64,000 nt of DNA from Hydrurus foetidus (taxonomy: Eukaryota): NCBI GenBank assembly GCA_900617105.1, contig UYFQ01000001.1, positions 3,534,001-3,598,000 of the forward strand. The letters are read 5' to 3'. The position numbers and the translations under genes were made by a program. The notes beneath the pieces were generated by a model. The model saw only the letters and a list, made by a program, of their open reading frames with translations, did not search any database and was not told the origin of the DNA. How positions within the stretch are numbered: position 1 is the stretch's first letter; every line of letters starts with the position of its first letter. Positions 10,966-21,878 of this stretch are shown one piece after another.

Positions 10966-12300
10966 TTAACCGCAGTGGCAAAGCTCATACCCCAAGGGCT
11001 TTCCGAGGTTGGTTTTGATTAAATTATCGCGAAACAACATGAATTTGCTGCGCTTTTACCCTGTCAAATGCCGTTGTGATGGGCTGTAACGTTTTCTTTA
11101 GTCAACATTGCATCGTTCTTGAAAACAGAAACTTTAATAGCTTCGCCCTGCCCTTTGTCCTGCATACAAACCGCGACTCATGTCATCAACTCGGCTTACT
11201 TTGAGCTCACAAGCTTTAAGCCTTTTCGCAAACGCTTGGACACCACATACCATCGCCGCGCTAATCAGCTGCAGGCCTTTGATACAAAATTCTCCAAGAT
11301 CCCATTCGCGGGTGATTTACCGTCGTCATCGTTGATAGTCATTTGGATGATTTACAAAAGCCGCCCAGTTGTCAGCATAAACGCTATATCGGTTGTCGGA
11401 TTACTCGTACCGCTGACGCAGTTCTAGCTTATGCCGCGACGTCTTTAAGTCACGCTTAAGTCACGAGCAGACAGGCAATTTTGCCAATTGCATGTTGAAA
11501 GCACGACACAGTCAGCTTTCAAGCTCGCTAGACGCATATCCTCGAAAAACAAAGACTCCTGCATTGCGGGTGGTGAAGCAGCGCGCTGAGTAAAGTGTCG
11601 AGCGCAAACAGCATGTGGAAGACGCGTTGTTTAAGCACCTCAACAAACTTGCCGAAATCAAGCGGGTAACAGAACAGCCACAAGTGCCCGCCGGCGTATC
11701 ACCAGCAAACTGAACGTCAGCGCGAAGACGTAATTCAGTGGCGGGACGGCGATCTTGTTGATGTGGCTCACATCCCGCGCCCGTTTCGGCTTTGGTGTTT
11801 TCCAGTCATGACTGCTCAAGTACCGCTGCAACGACGTTTCGATGCATTGAAACAGTACCGTTTAACAAATCTGTCGTAACCCAAAAGTGCTGTAAAAATG
11901 CAATCGCATGGAACGTGCGATTCGCTGTTGGAGTCATCTTGCCCGACCGTCACCAAGCGCTTTCGCAAACACTGCAAGCACGCGAATCTCCCCCCGCGGA
12001 TGCTCGTGCGCGAACACCATCTTCGCCAAATGCCGTACTTAAGAGCATCCCAATTGGCATGCCAAAAATTAAGCAAATCCCCCGCTGGTGCCGTCGCGAT
12101 GTGCTTGGTGCGTATGACTTCCACCGCGCCGTGAACGTCAAAGCAAAGTTCTCCGGAATGAAAATGGTTGTAGCATCAGCGCTCCTCGCGCTAATGCAAA
12201 AGCTTACCTGCTGGATACAGCAGATTCACAATCACGCAGCGCCACGGCACTCATATTGCCTGGGTGGCGATTGACCATTTGGCGCCTGTACCCCGTAGGC
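10966..12300 (-). pseudogene. Heavily decayed long-chain fatty acid-CoA ligase (FadD-like)
   Basis: Collinear fragments: IFIPENFA, VRHLAKMV, AIAFLQHFWVTTDLLNGTVSMHRNVVAA (eroded FLQYTGGTTGxxKG), PPLNYVFALT, FVEVLKQRVFHML, GEFCIKG, QGEAIKVSVFKND, FRDNLIKTNLGK; many stops and frameshifts; 5' end approximate. Confidence 0.82.
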
Positions 12301-12459
12301 CTTGCACTTTACCCAAAGAAATAAGTTTTAGAAAACACAAACTTGTGCCCAGATGATGTCGTCTCAAGAATCTGAAACTTCAAATGCACCCGCCGAGCAT
12401 GCAAGCGGATTGTTAAATGACCTTTCCCAAAATCGCACGCGGCTAAACCTGTTGAACCG

Positions 12460-13206
12460 TCAAACTGCAGCGTTGCGAACCAACAACTGAGTCAATTCGG
12501 TCTCACAAGCGACAGCATTCTCGTCGAACAAACGCCCAATCCAATCCGTCTCGCGCAGAGTGATTAGTTTTAAAAACTCATCGGCGCCGCGCATGGTTTG
12601 AAAAGCATCAAACCCCGACTCTAAAAACTGTTGCAATGACCCCAATCCCGCTGCCGCGGCCGGCCCGCGCATCATTTTTAGCAGCGTTCTTAGTCCGGGT
12701 TTGCGCGTCAAGCTGTCAAGCGACCGGCCGAGTGCCAGCACGACTTCAAGTTGTTGGTGTCGAGCCGCAGGGTCCGCCACCTTTCGCCAGCAAGCAATGT
12801 AGCGCGCCGCATCGTTCTGCAAGCTGCTGCTGGGCTGCAGCGCCACGTAGGCGTGAGCCATTGCATCGTCCAGCCGCTCGGTTAATGCATGTACCTCGGC
12901 CAGCGCGGCCGCTGTGTTCACCACCGATTGCGGAAACAGCTTGGCGATCGTGGTCGCAATTCGCGCAAACTGCTGGTCACGTTCTGAATAGTCTTTGTCG
13001 CCGTACAACTCATGCAAAAAAAAGCGCGCCGCAGTTTGGTGGCGAGCGCTTTGCAACAAGTCAGCATAAGTAGCCTGGAAACGCTGCGCCTGAAAGCGCT
13101 TGATAGCTGCGTTGGCGGCAGCTAGGTGTGGCTGTGCTGCGCGCGACCGCCTTAGCCGTGCAACAGTTTCAAGCGCTTGGTGAATTTGGTCGGCTGATGC
13201 GTTCAT
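12460..13206 (-). CDS. FFLEELY-motif conserved protein
   Basis: FFLHELYGDKDYSERDQQF and LQQFLESGFDAF motifs. Confidence 0.75.
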   Translation of the reverse strand: MNASADQIHQALETVARLRRSRAAQPHLAAANAAIKRFQAQRFQATYADLLQSARHQTAARFFLHELYGDKDYSERDQQFARIATTIAKLFPQSVVNTAAALAEVHALTERLDDAMAHAYVALQPSSSLQNDAARYIACWRKVADPAARHQQLEVVLALGRSLDSLTRKPGLRTLLKMMRGPAAAAGLGSLQQFLESGFDAFQTMRGADEFLKLITLRETDWIGRLFDENAVACETELTQLLVRNAAV

Positions 13207-13291
13207 CTGGGATGAAATGGCTATTTACCCCAAGTTTATCTAGTAACCCCGCTCTATTGCAAATGCAGGTCAGCATGCGAAACTGCAAATC

Positions 13292-13798
13292 ATGCAAAGA
13301 AGAACTTGGCTCCAACTGGGCATCGTCTCGGCCGCTGCTCTGGCCGTCGTTGGTGGCGCGGCTGCATTGATGCAACCTGGGCTTGAACGCGGAGTTTTAA
13401 CGGCCTCTGGCAAAAGCGTGTTTCGCGCAATTGGCCAGGCAGTGCTAGACAAAACCTTGCCCGATCAGCCGGCTGCCAAAGATGCAGCCCTGGCCGCGTT
13501 ACTGGATCGAATTGACGTTTTAATCAGCGCCTTGCCACCGCATGCGCAAGCTGAATTGTCGCAACTGGTGTCGATTTTGGGCTCGGGCGCTGGCCGCTTG
13601 GCGCTGGCAGGTTTGAACACGCCCTGGGCGACAGCCACCGTACCAGAGACACAAGCGGCGCTTCAAGATATGCGATATTCAAGCTTGGCAGTGCGGCAGC
13701 AGGCTTACGCTGCGCTCCATGACATTACTGCGGGCGCTTACTTTTCAGAACCTGCAACCTGGTTAACGCTGGGCTACCCTGGCCCACTCGCGGTTTAA
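13292..13798 (+). CDS. Twin-arginine signal protein, probable partner subunit of the downstream GMC oxidoreductase
   Basis: N-terminal QRRTWL plus hydrophobic stretch; C-terminal WxxLGYPGP; 14 bp before the GMC gene. Confidence 0.75.
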   Translation: MQRRTWLQLGIVSAAALAVVGGAAALMQPGLERGVLTASGKSVFRAIGQAVLDKTLPDQPAAKDAALAALLDRIDVLISALPPHAQAELSQLVSILGSGAGRLALAGLNTPWATATVPETQAALQDMRYSSLAVRQQAYAALHDITAGAYFSEPATWLTLGYPGPLAV

Positions 13799-13812
13799 AA
13801 CGACTCCACACC

Positions 13813-15438
13813 ATGAGCAAAATTCAAGACCCGATCAAAGACGGCCTGGCTAGAGGCTGGAAAGTCATGGGCGGCGCATTTGCCGCCCCGCCTGAACAAA
13901 TTAGCTGCGATGTCGCCATCATTGGCAGCGGCGCAGGCGCTGGCATTACGGCCGAGCTGTTGACCAAAGCCGGTTTAACAGTAGTCATCATTGAAGAAGG
14001 CCCATTAAAAAGCAGCAGCGACTTTAACCAGAAAGAGTCAGAAGCCTATCCCCAGCTTTATCAAGAAAGCGCAGCCCGCAAGACCGAAGACAAGGCCATC
14101 ACTATTTTGCAAGGGCGTTGCGTGGGTGGTTCTACGACCATCAACTGGACCTCGTCGTTTCGCACCCCCGCTTCAACCTTGAAATTTTGGCAGGACCAGT
14201 TTGGCTTGGCAGACTACAACCTGGATGCGCTTTCGCCCTATTTTGAGCAAGCTGAGCGGCGCCTTAACATTGGGCCCTGGCTCACCCCGCCAAACGAAAA
14301 CAACGACTTGCTCCGGCGCGGCGCCGCCAAGTTGGGCATACCTGCACAGGCTATCGCGCGTAACGTCAAAGGCTGCTGGAACTTGGGCTCCTGCGGTATG
14401 GGCTGCCCGACCAATGCCAAGCAATCCATGCTCGTCACGACGATTCCTGCCGCGCTCGACAAAGGCGCACAAATGCTGGTTGAAACGCGCGCTGATCGGT
14501 TTGAAATTGCAAATGGTCGAGTAACAGCCCTAATATGCACTTCTCAAGCATTAAATAGGCCAGTAGCCCAGCAAATACAGGCGCAAACAGCTACCAAAAT
14601 AATAGCAAAACACTACGTGCTGGCAGGAGGTGCAATCAACTCCCCGGCGGTATTGCTGCGCTCTGGTGCACCAGACCCGCACGGCACCTTGGGGAAGAGA
14701 ACCTTCTTGCACCCGGTGGTCATGTCGTCTGGCGTGTTTGAGCAAAAAGTCGAAGCCTGGGCTGGCGCACCGCAAACAATCTATTCCGACCACTTTTTAG
14801 AAACCCAGGCTATTGACGGTGCGATTGGCTACAAGCTCGAAGCGCCGCCACTGCACCCGATTATTTTTTCATCCACCGTCCCGGGCATGGGGCAAGCGCA
14901 GCATGATTTGCTCAAAGCGTTTCCGCACAACCACACGCTGCTCGCCTTGATGCGTGATGGCTTTCATGACCAGTCCCGTGGGGGGCAAGTCAAGTTGCGA
15001 GGCGATGGCTCCCCCTCGCTTGACTACGCGCTGACCGACTACGTGATGGACGGCGCACGCCGCGCGCTGCTGTCCATGATGGAAATCCAGTTCGCGGCGG
15101 GGGCGCTTAAAGTGTTGCCACTGCACGAAATGGCAACCACCTACACCGCCTGGAGCCAAGCCCGCGACGCAGTCAATGCTTTGCCGATGAAGCCATTGCT
15201 GACAAAAGTGGTTAGCGCGCACGTCATGGGTGGCTGCGGCTTGGGCGGCACCGAAAAGCTCGGCGTCACGCGGCCGGACGGCGTGCACTGGCAGATTGAA
15301 AACCTGTCTATTCACGATGGCTCGCTTTTCCCCACCAGCATTGGCGCCAACCCGCAGTTGTCGGTTTATGGCGTGGTTAATCGGCTGGCGCAAGGGCTGG
15401 TGAAAAAACTGGCGCGCACTGAAGTCAAGTTAGCCTGA
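13813..15438 (+). CDS. GMC family oxidoreductase
   Basis: IIGSGAGAG FAD motif, GRCVGGSTTIN, SAHVMGGC, DGSLFPTSIGANP. Confidence 0.93.
   Translation: MSKIQDPIKDGLARGWKVMGGAFAAPPEQISCDVAIIGSGAGAGITAELLTKAGLTVVIIEEGPLKSSSDFNQKESEAYPQLYQESAARKTEDKAITILQGRCVGGSTTINWTSSFRTPASTLKFWQDQFGLADYNLDALSPYFEQAERRLNIGPWLTPPNENNDLLRRGAAKLGIPAQAIARNVKGCWNLGSCGMGCPTNAKQSMLVTTIPAALDKGAQMLVETRADRFEIANGRVTALICTSQALNRPVAQQIQAQTATKIIAKHYVLAGGAINSPAVLLRSGAPDPHGTLGKRTFLHPVVMSSGVFEQKVEAWAGAPQTIYSDHFLETQAIDGAIGYKLEAPPLHPIIFSSTVPGMGQAQHDLLKAFPHNHTLLALMRDGFHDQSRGGQVKLRGDGSPSLDYALTDYVMDGARRALLSMMEIQFAAGALKVLPLHEMATTYTAWSQARDAVNALPMKPLLTKVVSAHVMGGCGLGGTEKLGVTRPDGVHWQIENLSIHDGSLFPTSIGANPQLSVYGVVNRLAQGLVKKLARTEVKLA
14551..14607 (-). 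repeat. Dispersed element, copy 3 (inside GMC gene)
   Basis: Reverse strand GCTAT-N7-GTAGCTGTTTGCGCCTGTATTTGCTGGGCTACTGGCC. Confidence 0.85.
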
Positions 15439-15458
15439 TTTCGCTCTCGAAACTGGCT

Positions 15459-16400
15459 ATGTTGGCAAGACTGCAGCAATTTATCACCTTGTGCCTGCTG
15501 GCAGCAAGCATCGGCTGGCTGGCTTGGTTTTACAACAGCGGTCCGGGATTTGCGGTAACGGGTTGCCTGTTGATTGCATTGAGCTACATTGGCTTTTTGG
15601 GTATTGAGTTTTTGCTCTTGCGGCACATCAACAAAACCGATCCCGCGCCACTGGCCACCCGAAGAGAGCTGCTCAATGCTTGGTGGGGCGAAGCGCTGGT
15701 TGCGCCACGTATTTTCTGCTGGCGGCAACCGTTTCGTGCGCATGCCGTGGCAGACAACTTGTCGACAAGCAGCGTGATTCAGGGCAAGCGCGGCGTTGTT
15801 TTCATTCACGGGTTCTTTTGCAATCGCGGGTTTTGGACGCCGTGGCTTAATCGCCTGCAGGGCAACGGCCATGCGTTTGTGGCGCTTAGCCTGGAGCCAG
15901 TTTTTGGCTCGATTGACGACTACACCCCACAAATTGAAGCTGCCGTCGCACAAGTCACCGTTGCCAGCGGTATGCCGCCCTTGCTGGTCTGCCACTCCAT
16001 GGGCGGCTTGGCCGCACGCGCGTGGCTGCAAACCATGAGGGCTGAGGCTAGGGTGCACCACGTGGTGACGATAGGAACCCCGCATGGCGGCACGTGGCTG
16101 GCGCGGTTCAGCCACGGCATCAACGGTATGCAAATGCGCTTGGCGTCAAGCTGGCAAGCCGGCCTTGATAAAAACATGCCGGTAGACCGCCACGCCCTTT
16201 TCACTTGCTGGTACGCCAACAGCGACAACATTGTTTTCCCTACGTCAACCGCCACCCTGCGCGGGGCAGACAATCGCCTGCTTCGCGCAGTAGCGCACGT
16301 TCAAATGGCGTTTGAACCACAAGTCATGGATCATGCGCTGAGTTTGCTTGCCAATACGCCTATTCAGGCGCCACAGGCTTCTAAAATGACGGCAGCCTAA
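15459..16400 (+). CDS. Membrane-anchored alpha/beta hydrolase (lipase/esterase-like)
   Basis: Two N-terminal TM segments, FIHGFFCN oxyanion region, CHSMGG nucleophile elbow, IGTPHGG. Confidence 0.85.
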   Translation: MLARLQQFITLCLLAASIGWLAWFYNSGPGFAVTGCLLIALSYIGFLGIEFLLLRHINKTDPAPLATRRELLNAWWGEALVAPRIFCWRQPFRAHAVADNLSTSSVIQGKRGVVFIHGFFCNRGFWTPWLNRLQGNGHAFVALSLEPVFGSIDDYTPQIEAAVAQVTVASGMPPLLVCHSMGGLAARAWLQTMRAEARVHHVVTIGTPHGGTWLARFSHGINGMQMRLASSWQAGLDKNMPVDRHALFTCWYANSDNIVFPTSTATLRGADNRLLRAVAHVQMAFEPQVMDHALSLLANTPIQAPQASKMTAA

Positions 16401-16417
16401 TTTTTCAGCGGAGCAAG

Positions 16418-17527
16418 ATGCCTGTAGTAGTTGTACTGGACGATGATGCAGGCACCCGCATGCTGGTAAGCCAGATCTTGAAAAAAGACGGCTATGAAGT
16501 GTTTTCTGCGGAAGACGGCGAAAAGGGGTTAGCGCTGATCGCTACCCACCGCCCCGACCTGGTCGTCAGCGACGTTCAAATGCCCCTGATGGATGGCTTT
16601 CAGGTGCTCGAAAGTATCCGCAACAACCCTGAATTTGCGGCCATGCCGGTCGTGCTGCTAACTTCGTTGGGAGAGCGAAGTGACATGCGCTACGGAATGA
16701 CTAACGGCGCTGACGACTACCTCACCAAGCCGTTTGAGCCCGAAGAGCTGCGCGACGCCGTCGCAGCGCAACTTAACAAGCTGGTGCGCGCCGACCTGAT
16801 GAAAACCATGGCCTTTGAGGCTGCAGTCGAAACCGCGCTTCAAACCGAACGCCACAACATCATTGAGCTGTACGAGGCCAGGCTGAGCCAGACCCTTAGC
16901 GAACAATGGCCAGACGGCGGCTTTGTGCGCCAAAGCGAAAAGTTTGCCAATGCCACTGCGTTATTTGCCGACATGCGCGACTACGGGCATTGGGCGCAGC
17001 GCTTGTCCAGCGCCGAGTTGGGCGATGTCATTCAGCAGTTTTACGGCACGGTAGGCGACACCGTGCATTTGTTTGGCGCGCACCACATGCAGTTTGTGGG
17101 TGACGGCATGTTGTGCGTTTTTGTTGACGCGGGCGACACACACTCTGTTAACCACGGCTTGCGTGCCGCGCGGGCCGCCTGGGGCTTGAATGACACCACG
17201 CGCCGCCTCGACAGTTACATCAATCAGCGCTTTGCTGACCGCTCGTTACCACCCTTTGTTTTGAATATTGCGCTGCACAGCGGGCCAGTGGCGTTCGCCA
17301 AACTCGACGGTCCTTTTGGCGGAAACGCAACCACTACTCCGGTGGGCGACGTTGTCACGGCCGTGCTCAAGCTGTACGGCGGGCAACCTGCGTTGGACTG
17401 GAAAATTGCGGCAAGCGTGCAAACGGCGCGTTTGGTGACGGGCGCCGTCAGGCTGGGTCGCCGCGCGATCGTGCAAATCCCGAGTCGCGTGATGCCGTTT
17501 GACGCGGTAGAGCTGGTGGGCCTGTAG
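16418..17527 (+). CDS. Response regulator with class III nucleotide cyclase-like output domain
   Basis: REC (LDDD, SDVQMP, DYLTKP) plus LFADMRDY, FVGDGML, ALHSGPV. Confidence 0.85.
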   Translation: MPVVVVLDDDAGTRMLVSQILKKDGYEVFSAEDGEKGLALIATHRPDLVVSDVQMPLMDGFQVLESIRNNPEFAAMPVVLLTSLGERSDMRYGMTNGADDYLTKPFEPEELRDAVAAQLNKLVRADLMKTMAFEAAVETALQTERHNIIELYEARLSQTLSEQWPDGGFVRQSEKFANATALFADMRDYGHWAQRLSSAELGDVIQQFYGTVGDTVHLFGAHHMQFVGDGMLCVFVDAGDTHSVNHGLRAARAAWGLNDTTRRLDSYINQRFADRSLPPFVLNIALHSGPVAFAKLDGPFGGNATTTPVGDVVTAVLKLYGGQPALDWKIAASVQTARLVTGAVRLGRRAIVQIPSRVMPFDAVELVGL

Positions 17528-20500
17528 TGACGCCGCAGCCAACAGTCCGGTCGTTCTCACTGCGAACGATATTTTTAGCCAGCTTGCTGTTTTTTTGTGT
17601 CGTGCCAGCTGCAGTAGTGGGCTGGGTGCTTTACCGCAGTAACGCTCAGACATCAGACCAACTGGCCGCCGCCATTGTGCGAGACGTAGCCCAGCGTGTA
17701 CAGTCTGACACCGAAGATCACCTGCGGCAAGCGCAAGTTATTTTTAATGGCCTGATCCCTACTCGAGGAAGCCCGGCTGAGCTGGCGCGCGCTCGGGAGC
17801 TGGCCAAAAGCCCCGAACTGTTGGAGCAAACCGCCTTCGCGCTGACTCGAATGGCGCCTGAAGGCTCGTACTTGTACTTTGGCAGCGCAGCAGGTGACTT
17901 TGTTGGCGTGGAGCCCATCGGCCTTGACACCCAAGGTGCGACCCGCGTCGGCATTAAAAAACGCGGTGAAGCCGCGCGCCAGTTCTACACCGCACAGTTC
18001 GCCGGTGACCGCAGCGGTGTGGTCACACCAGAAACCAAAAAATACGACCCTACCGCGCGGCCTTGGTACGTGGATGCTGTGGCTGCAAGAGAGCGCGTAT
18101 TTACGCCCATTTACCCAGCAGCGGCAAAAAAGCAGTTGGTTATTACGCTGTCGCAGCCCATTTATGACGAGCAAGGCAGAGTGTTGGGCGTGTTCGCCAG
18201 CGAGGTGTATTTAAAGCGTCTGTCTGAGCTCATGCAAAGCCTGACCATCAGCCCGCGCGGTGTGGCTTATTTAGTTGACGACCAGGCTTTTTTAGTGGCT
18301 TCGTCGGTAGCCGGGGACGCCTTGTTTGCAGATGTGGCCGGCAAGCTTGAGCGGCTGCGGCCCAGCATCAGCCCGAACCCAGTGGTGCGGGCCAGCTACG
18401 CCGATGTGGTTGCGCAGACACAGCGAGGCACTGCACAAGAGAAAGCTGCACCAACTGGAGCAAAGGTGTCACTTCGGCGCATGCCTTTTGGTGACGACAC
18501 GCTGCTTGTCACTTCCCGGCCATTCGGTGCAAACGATGGGCTGCGCTGGCGCCTGGTGGTGGCGGTGCCTGAAAGTGATTTCACGGCCAGTACCCAGGCG
18601 GCCATTGAAAAAACCATCGCGGTTATTGCACTGGCCATCGCGCTGGCAGCTGCGTTGGCAATCGGACTGGCGTACCGGTTTACGCGGCGGTTTCGCAATC
18701 TGGCTTTCGCTACCGCCCAACTCGGCCGAGGAGAGGTGCCGCCGCTACAAAGCAAGGCGCGTATTACTGAAGTGCAAACGCTGGCCAGCGCCTTGCACGG
18801 TAGCGCGCTTGCACTCAGCCAAAGTCGAGTTGCCCTGCAAGACAAGACTGCAGCGCTTCAAGATGCCAATGAACACCTCGAAGTACGCGTAGCAGAACGC
18901 ACCAGCGAGCTGGTCACGTCCCGCGAGGCAGCGTTGGACGCCGCCAACGCCAAAGCATCATTTTTGGCCACCATGAGCCACGAAATCCGTACGCCGCTCA
19001 ATGGTGTTGTCGGCATGACCGCGCTGCTGGCTGATACGCCCTTAAGCCACGAGCAGCGCGACTATTTGCACACCATGCGCGTGTCCAGCGACCAGTTGCT
19101 GGGCGTGATCAACGACATTTTAGATTTTTCAAAAATCGAATCCGGCAAGCTTGACCTGGAAAACGAGCCGCTCAATTTGCAGGCCACGATTGAAGAAGCC
19201 TGCGACATGGCAGCCCAACGGGCCCGAGAAAAAGGCCTGGAGCTGATGGCAGATATCGACGCCGATGTGCCGCAATGGGTGCTGGGCGACGTCACCCGCC
19301 TGCGCCAGGTGCTGCTTAACTTTATTAATAACGCGGTTAAGTTCACGGCCAATGGGCAAGTTGTGGTCAGCGCGCACGTCAGCGCTGGGCAAAGCGGCCT
19401 GGGCTTTGGCACGCCACTCAAGCTTGAGTTTCGCGTGCAAGACAGCGGCATCGGCGTTCCGCTAGACCGGCAGTCTGCGCTGTTTCAGTCGTTCAGTCAA
19501 GTTGACGCGTCTACTACCCGCAAGTACGGCGGCACCGGTTTGGGCTTGGCGATTTGCAAGCGGCTGGCCACGCTGATGGGTGGTGAAGTGGGCGTGCACT
19601 CAGTGCCAGACGAAGGCTCTACGTTTTGGTTTACCGCGCAGCTGGCCGCCACCAGCGCCCCCAGCCATTCAGCGGCAGAAGACGAATTCGCCAGCCTGGC
19701 CGGCAAAACCGCGCTGCTGGTGGACGACACTGAATTGAATCTTCGCATTCTCGATAAACAGCTCAAGCGTTGGGGCATGAAAACAGTGGCGTTTGAACGC
19801 GCCCAGTTGGGCATTGACTGGCTCGCTGGCAACACCTGCGACGTCATCATCACCGACATGCACATGCCTGATATGGACGGCCAGGAGTTCACAGAGCGCG
19901 TGCGACAGCACACACCCGACGCCCATGTGGTGTTGCTTACCTCAGGCGCTATGCCCACCGGGCCAACTGCCAAATTGTTCGATGCGCGGCTGCTCAAGCC
20001 TTATCGGCAGTCGCAGTTGTTCAATGCGCTCAGCCGCGTGGCTACGCTCCAGGGCAACAGTAGTTTTGGCCCCATCACGCAACCAGCGGTGCTCAATGCA
20101 CCGCACAATCTACCCCTTAAGCACCAACGTGTTTTAGTGGCAGACGACAACGCCATTAATTTAAAAGTCGCGCTCGCCATGCTGGCCAAACTCGGTTACG
20201 ACGCAGCCACCGCGAACAACGGCCGCGAGGTTGCCGACATGGTCAGCCAGTCGCTGTCACGCCGGCCCGGGGCTGTTCCTTTTGCAGCGGTGCTGATGGA
20301 CGTCAACATGCCTGTGATGGACGGCCTGGAATCCACCCAGCTTATTTTGTCGACCCACGGCGCTGCAGCGCCCGCGCTGATTGCGCTGACTGCCTCAGTG
20401 CTGGAAGAAGACCGCCAGCGCTGCATGGACGCCGGTATGGCCGGGTTTTTAGCCAAGCCAATGCGTATTGACGAGCTGAGCGAAGCGCTCGCGCGTTATG

Positions 20501-20973
20501 CGCCGGAATTGTCTGGTGCTACTGAATTAATAGCTGTTCGCGCCCGAATCGATTCGCTAAAAGTTCAAATTGGCTTGAAAGAAGACGTAGTAATGCTTGA
20601 TGCGAGCCGACTTGACCGCTTCAAAGAATTCGACGACGAAAACCTCACCATGACGCGCGAGATAGTGGCGCTGTTTATTGAAGACGCGCCGCGCCGCGTC
20701 ACAGATATTCGCCAAGCCCTGGCGCTGACCGACAGCGGGCAACTCTCGCGCTCTGTGCACGCCCTTAAAGGCGCAGCTGCCAACGTGGGCGCCACTGTGC
20801 TGGCCGACGCCTGCGGCAGCCTGGAGCACGCCTGCCTGCAAGGTCTGTGGCCTGATCATGCAGCGGCCAGCGTTAAAAGTATTGCGCAGCTCAGCGGCCA
20901 AAGCGTGGCAGCACTCAGGCAGTGGCAACAAGCACATCCGTTGGCAGCCGATCAGCCGCACCCAACTCAGTGA
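17527..20973 (+). CDS. Hybrid sensor histidine kinase (Cache-HAMP-HisKA-HATPase-REC-REC-Hpt)
   Basis: YDPTARPWY Cache motif, [26 protein letters not shown], two REC domains, [13 protein letters not shown]pt; GTG start overlaps upstream TAG. Confidence 0.93.
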   Translation: MTPQPTVRSFSLRTIFLASLLFFCVVPAAVVGWVLYRSNAQTSDQLAAAIVRDVAQRVQSDTEDHLRQAQVIFNGLIPTRGSPAELARARELAKSPELLEQTAFALTRMAPEGSYLYFGSAAGDFVGVEPIGLDTQGATRVGIKKRGEAARQFYTAQFAGDRSGVVTPETKKYDPTARPWYVDAVAARERVFTPIYPAAAKKQLVITLSQPIYDEQGRVLGVFASEVYLKRLSELMQSLTISPRGVAYLVDDQAFLVASSVAGDALFADVAGKLERLRPSISPNPVVRASYADVVAQTQRGTAQEKAAPTGAKVSLRRMPFGDDTLLVTSRPFGANDGLRWRLVVAVPESDFTASTQAAIEKTIAVIALAIALAAALAIGLAYRFTRRFRNLAFATAQLGRGEVPPLQSKARITEVQTLASALHGSALALSQSRVALQDKTAALQDANEHLEVRVAERTSELVTSREAALDAANAKASFLATMSHEIRTPLNGVVGMTALLADTPLSHEQRDYLHTMRVSSDQLLGVINDILDFSKIESGKLDLENEPLNLQATIEEACDMAAQRAREKGLELMADIDADVPQWVLGDVTRLRQVLLNFINNAVKFTANGQVVVSAHVSAGQSGLGFGTPLKLEFRVQDSGIGVPLDRQSALFQSFSQVDASTTRKYGGTGLGLAICKRLATLMGGEVGVHSVPDEGSTFWFTAQLAATSAPSHSAAEDEFASLAGKTALLVDDTELNLRILDKQLKRWGMKTVAFERAQLGIDWLAGNTCDVIITDMHMPDMDGQEFTERVRQHTPDAHVVLLTSGAMPTGPTAKLFDARLLKPYRQSQLFNALSRVATLQGNSSFGPITQPAVLNAPHNLPLKHQRVLVADDNAINLKVALAMLAKLGYDAATANNGREVADMVSQSLSRRPGAVPFAAVLMDVNMPVMDGLESTQLILSTHGAAAPALIALTASVLEEDRQRCMDAGMAGFLAKPMRIDELSEALARYAPELSGATELIAVRARIDSLKVQIGLKEDVVMLDASRLDRFKEFDDENLTMTREIVALFIEDAPRRVTDIRQALALTDSGQLSRSVHALKGAAANVGATVLADACGSLEHACLQGLWPDHAAASVKSIAQLSGQSVAALRQWQQAHPLAADQPHPTQ
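20517..20580 (+). repeat. Dispersed element, copy 4 (REC-Hpt linker of hybrid kinase)
   Basis: GCTAC-N7-ATAGCTGTTCGCGCCCG. Confidence 0.75.
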
Positions 20974-21778
20974 GCGTTTTAAGCTGCGCATAAAGCTGCG
21001 TAAAGTCCGGCGCGGTTATCTCAAACAGCTGCTGAAAACTGTCGATCACAAAATAAGTTTGCTGGTAGCTGTCGATGTTGTATTGGGTACGCATGCATCG
21101 CATCAAGTCAAGCGATATCCGCAGTGGCTCATTGCTTTTGACAGCGTGCACCAGCTCGCCCGATGAGCTCAAAATACCTGCGCCGTAAGCCCGCAATCCA
21201 TTTTTTTGTTGCATCAATCCAAACTCAATCGTGTACCAGTAAAGGCGCGATAACTCTTCACAAGCGCCCAGCCCATGGGCTTTCAAGGCACCCTTGCCGT
21301 AAGCCTGAATGTGGTCAGCAAACACCGGGTTAAACAGCAGGGGCACGTGGCCAAACAGGTCGTGGAACACATCGGGCTCCACGATGTAGTCAAACTCGTC
21401 AGGTTTGCGAATCCAGTCTGTCACCGGAAATTTGCGATTGGCCAGCAGTGTAAAAAACGGCACCTCAGGAATCAGGCCCGGCACCGCCACCACTTGCCAG
21501 CCGGTGGCTTTCATTAATCGTTCATTAATGTCGTCAAAGCGCGGAATGTGGGTCGATTCGCCCAGCGACGGCAGCGCGGCGATGAATTCATCGCACGCCA
21601 AACCGGGCAATAGTTTGGATTGCCGTTCGTACAGCGCGCGATACGTTTCGTGGTCGGCTGGGGTGTAGGCGGCGTAGTTTTGCGGGCAGGTGTAGTCGGC
21701 AGCGACCTGGCCACCACGTGAGTAGTCGCCGCGCGGTGGGCGGGTGCTGCCGCCGTAGACGACAGGTTCAATGGCCAT
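20915..21778 (-). CDS. phhA: Phenylalanine 4-monooxygenase
   Basis: EPDVFHDLFGHVPLL, LYWYTIEFGL, AYGAGILSS. Confidence 0.96.
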   Translation of the reverse strand: MAIEPVVYGGSTRPPRGDYSRGGQVAADYTCPQNYAAYTPADHETYRALYERQSKLLPGLACDEFIAALPSLGESTHIPRFDDINERLMKATGWQVVAVPGLIPEVPFFTLLANRKFPVTDWIRKPDEFDYIVEPDVFHDLFGHVPLLFNPVFADHIQAYGKGALKAHGLGACEELSRLYWYTIEFGLMQQKNGLRAYGAGILSSSGELVHAVKSNEPLRISLDLMRCMRTQYNIDSYQQTYFVIDSFQQLFEITAPDFTQLYAQLKTLTELGAADRLPTDVLVATA

Positions 21779-21799
21779 ATAGAAACTCCTTTTCAGTGA

Positions 21800-21878
21800 C
21801 AGCGCAGAACCGGCTTTGCCGGGCTGCAGGTGTCGCCCCCTTGAGGGGGAGACGGCCGTCAGGCCGTTTCGGGGGTGG
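21800..21878. repeat. GC-rich REP-like multi-hairpin element overlapping the hppD stop
   Basis: CCGGC-TTT-GCCGG, CCCCC-TTGA-GGGGG and ACGGCC-GTCA-GGCCGT hairpins in series; single copy in this window. Confidence 0.55.

Noticed and set aside
10182..12274. Short ORFs after the rRNA operon as real genes
   Set aside because: Explained as fragments or antisense shadows of the two pseudogenes
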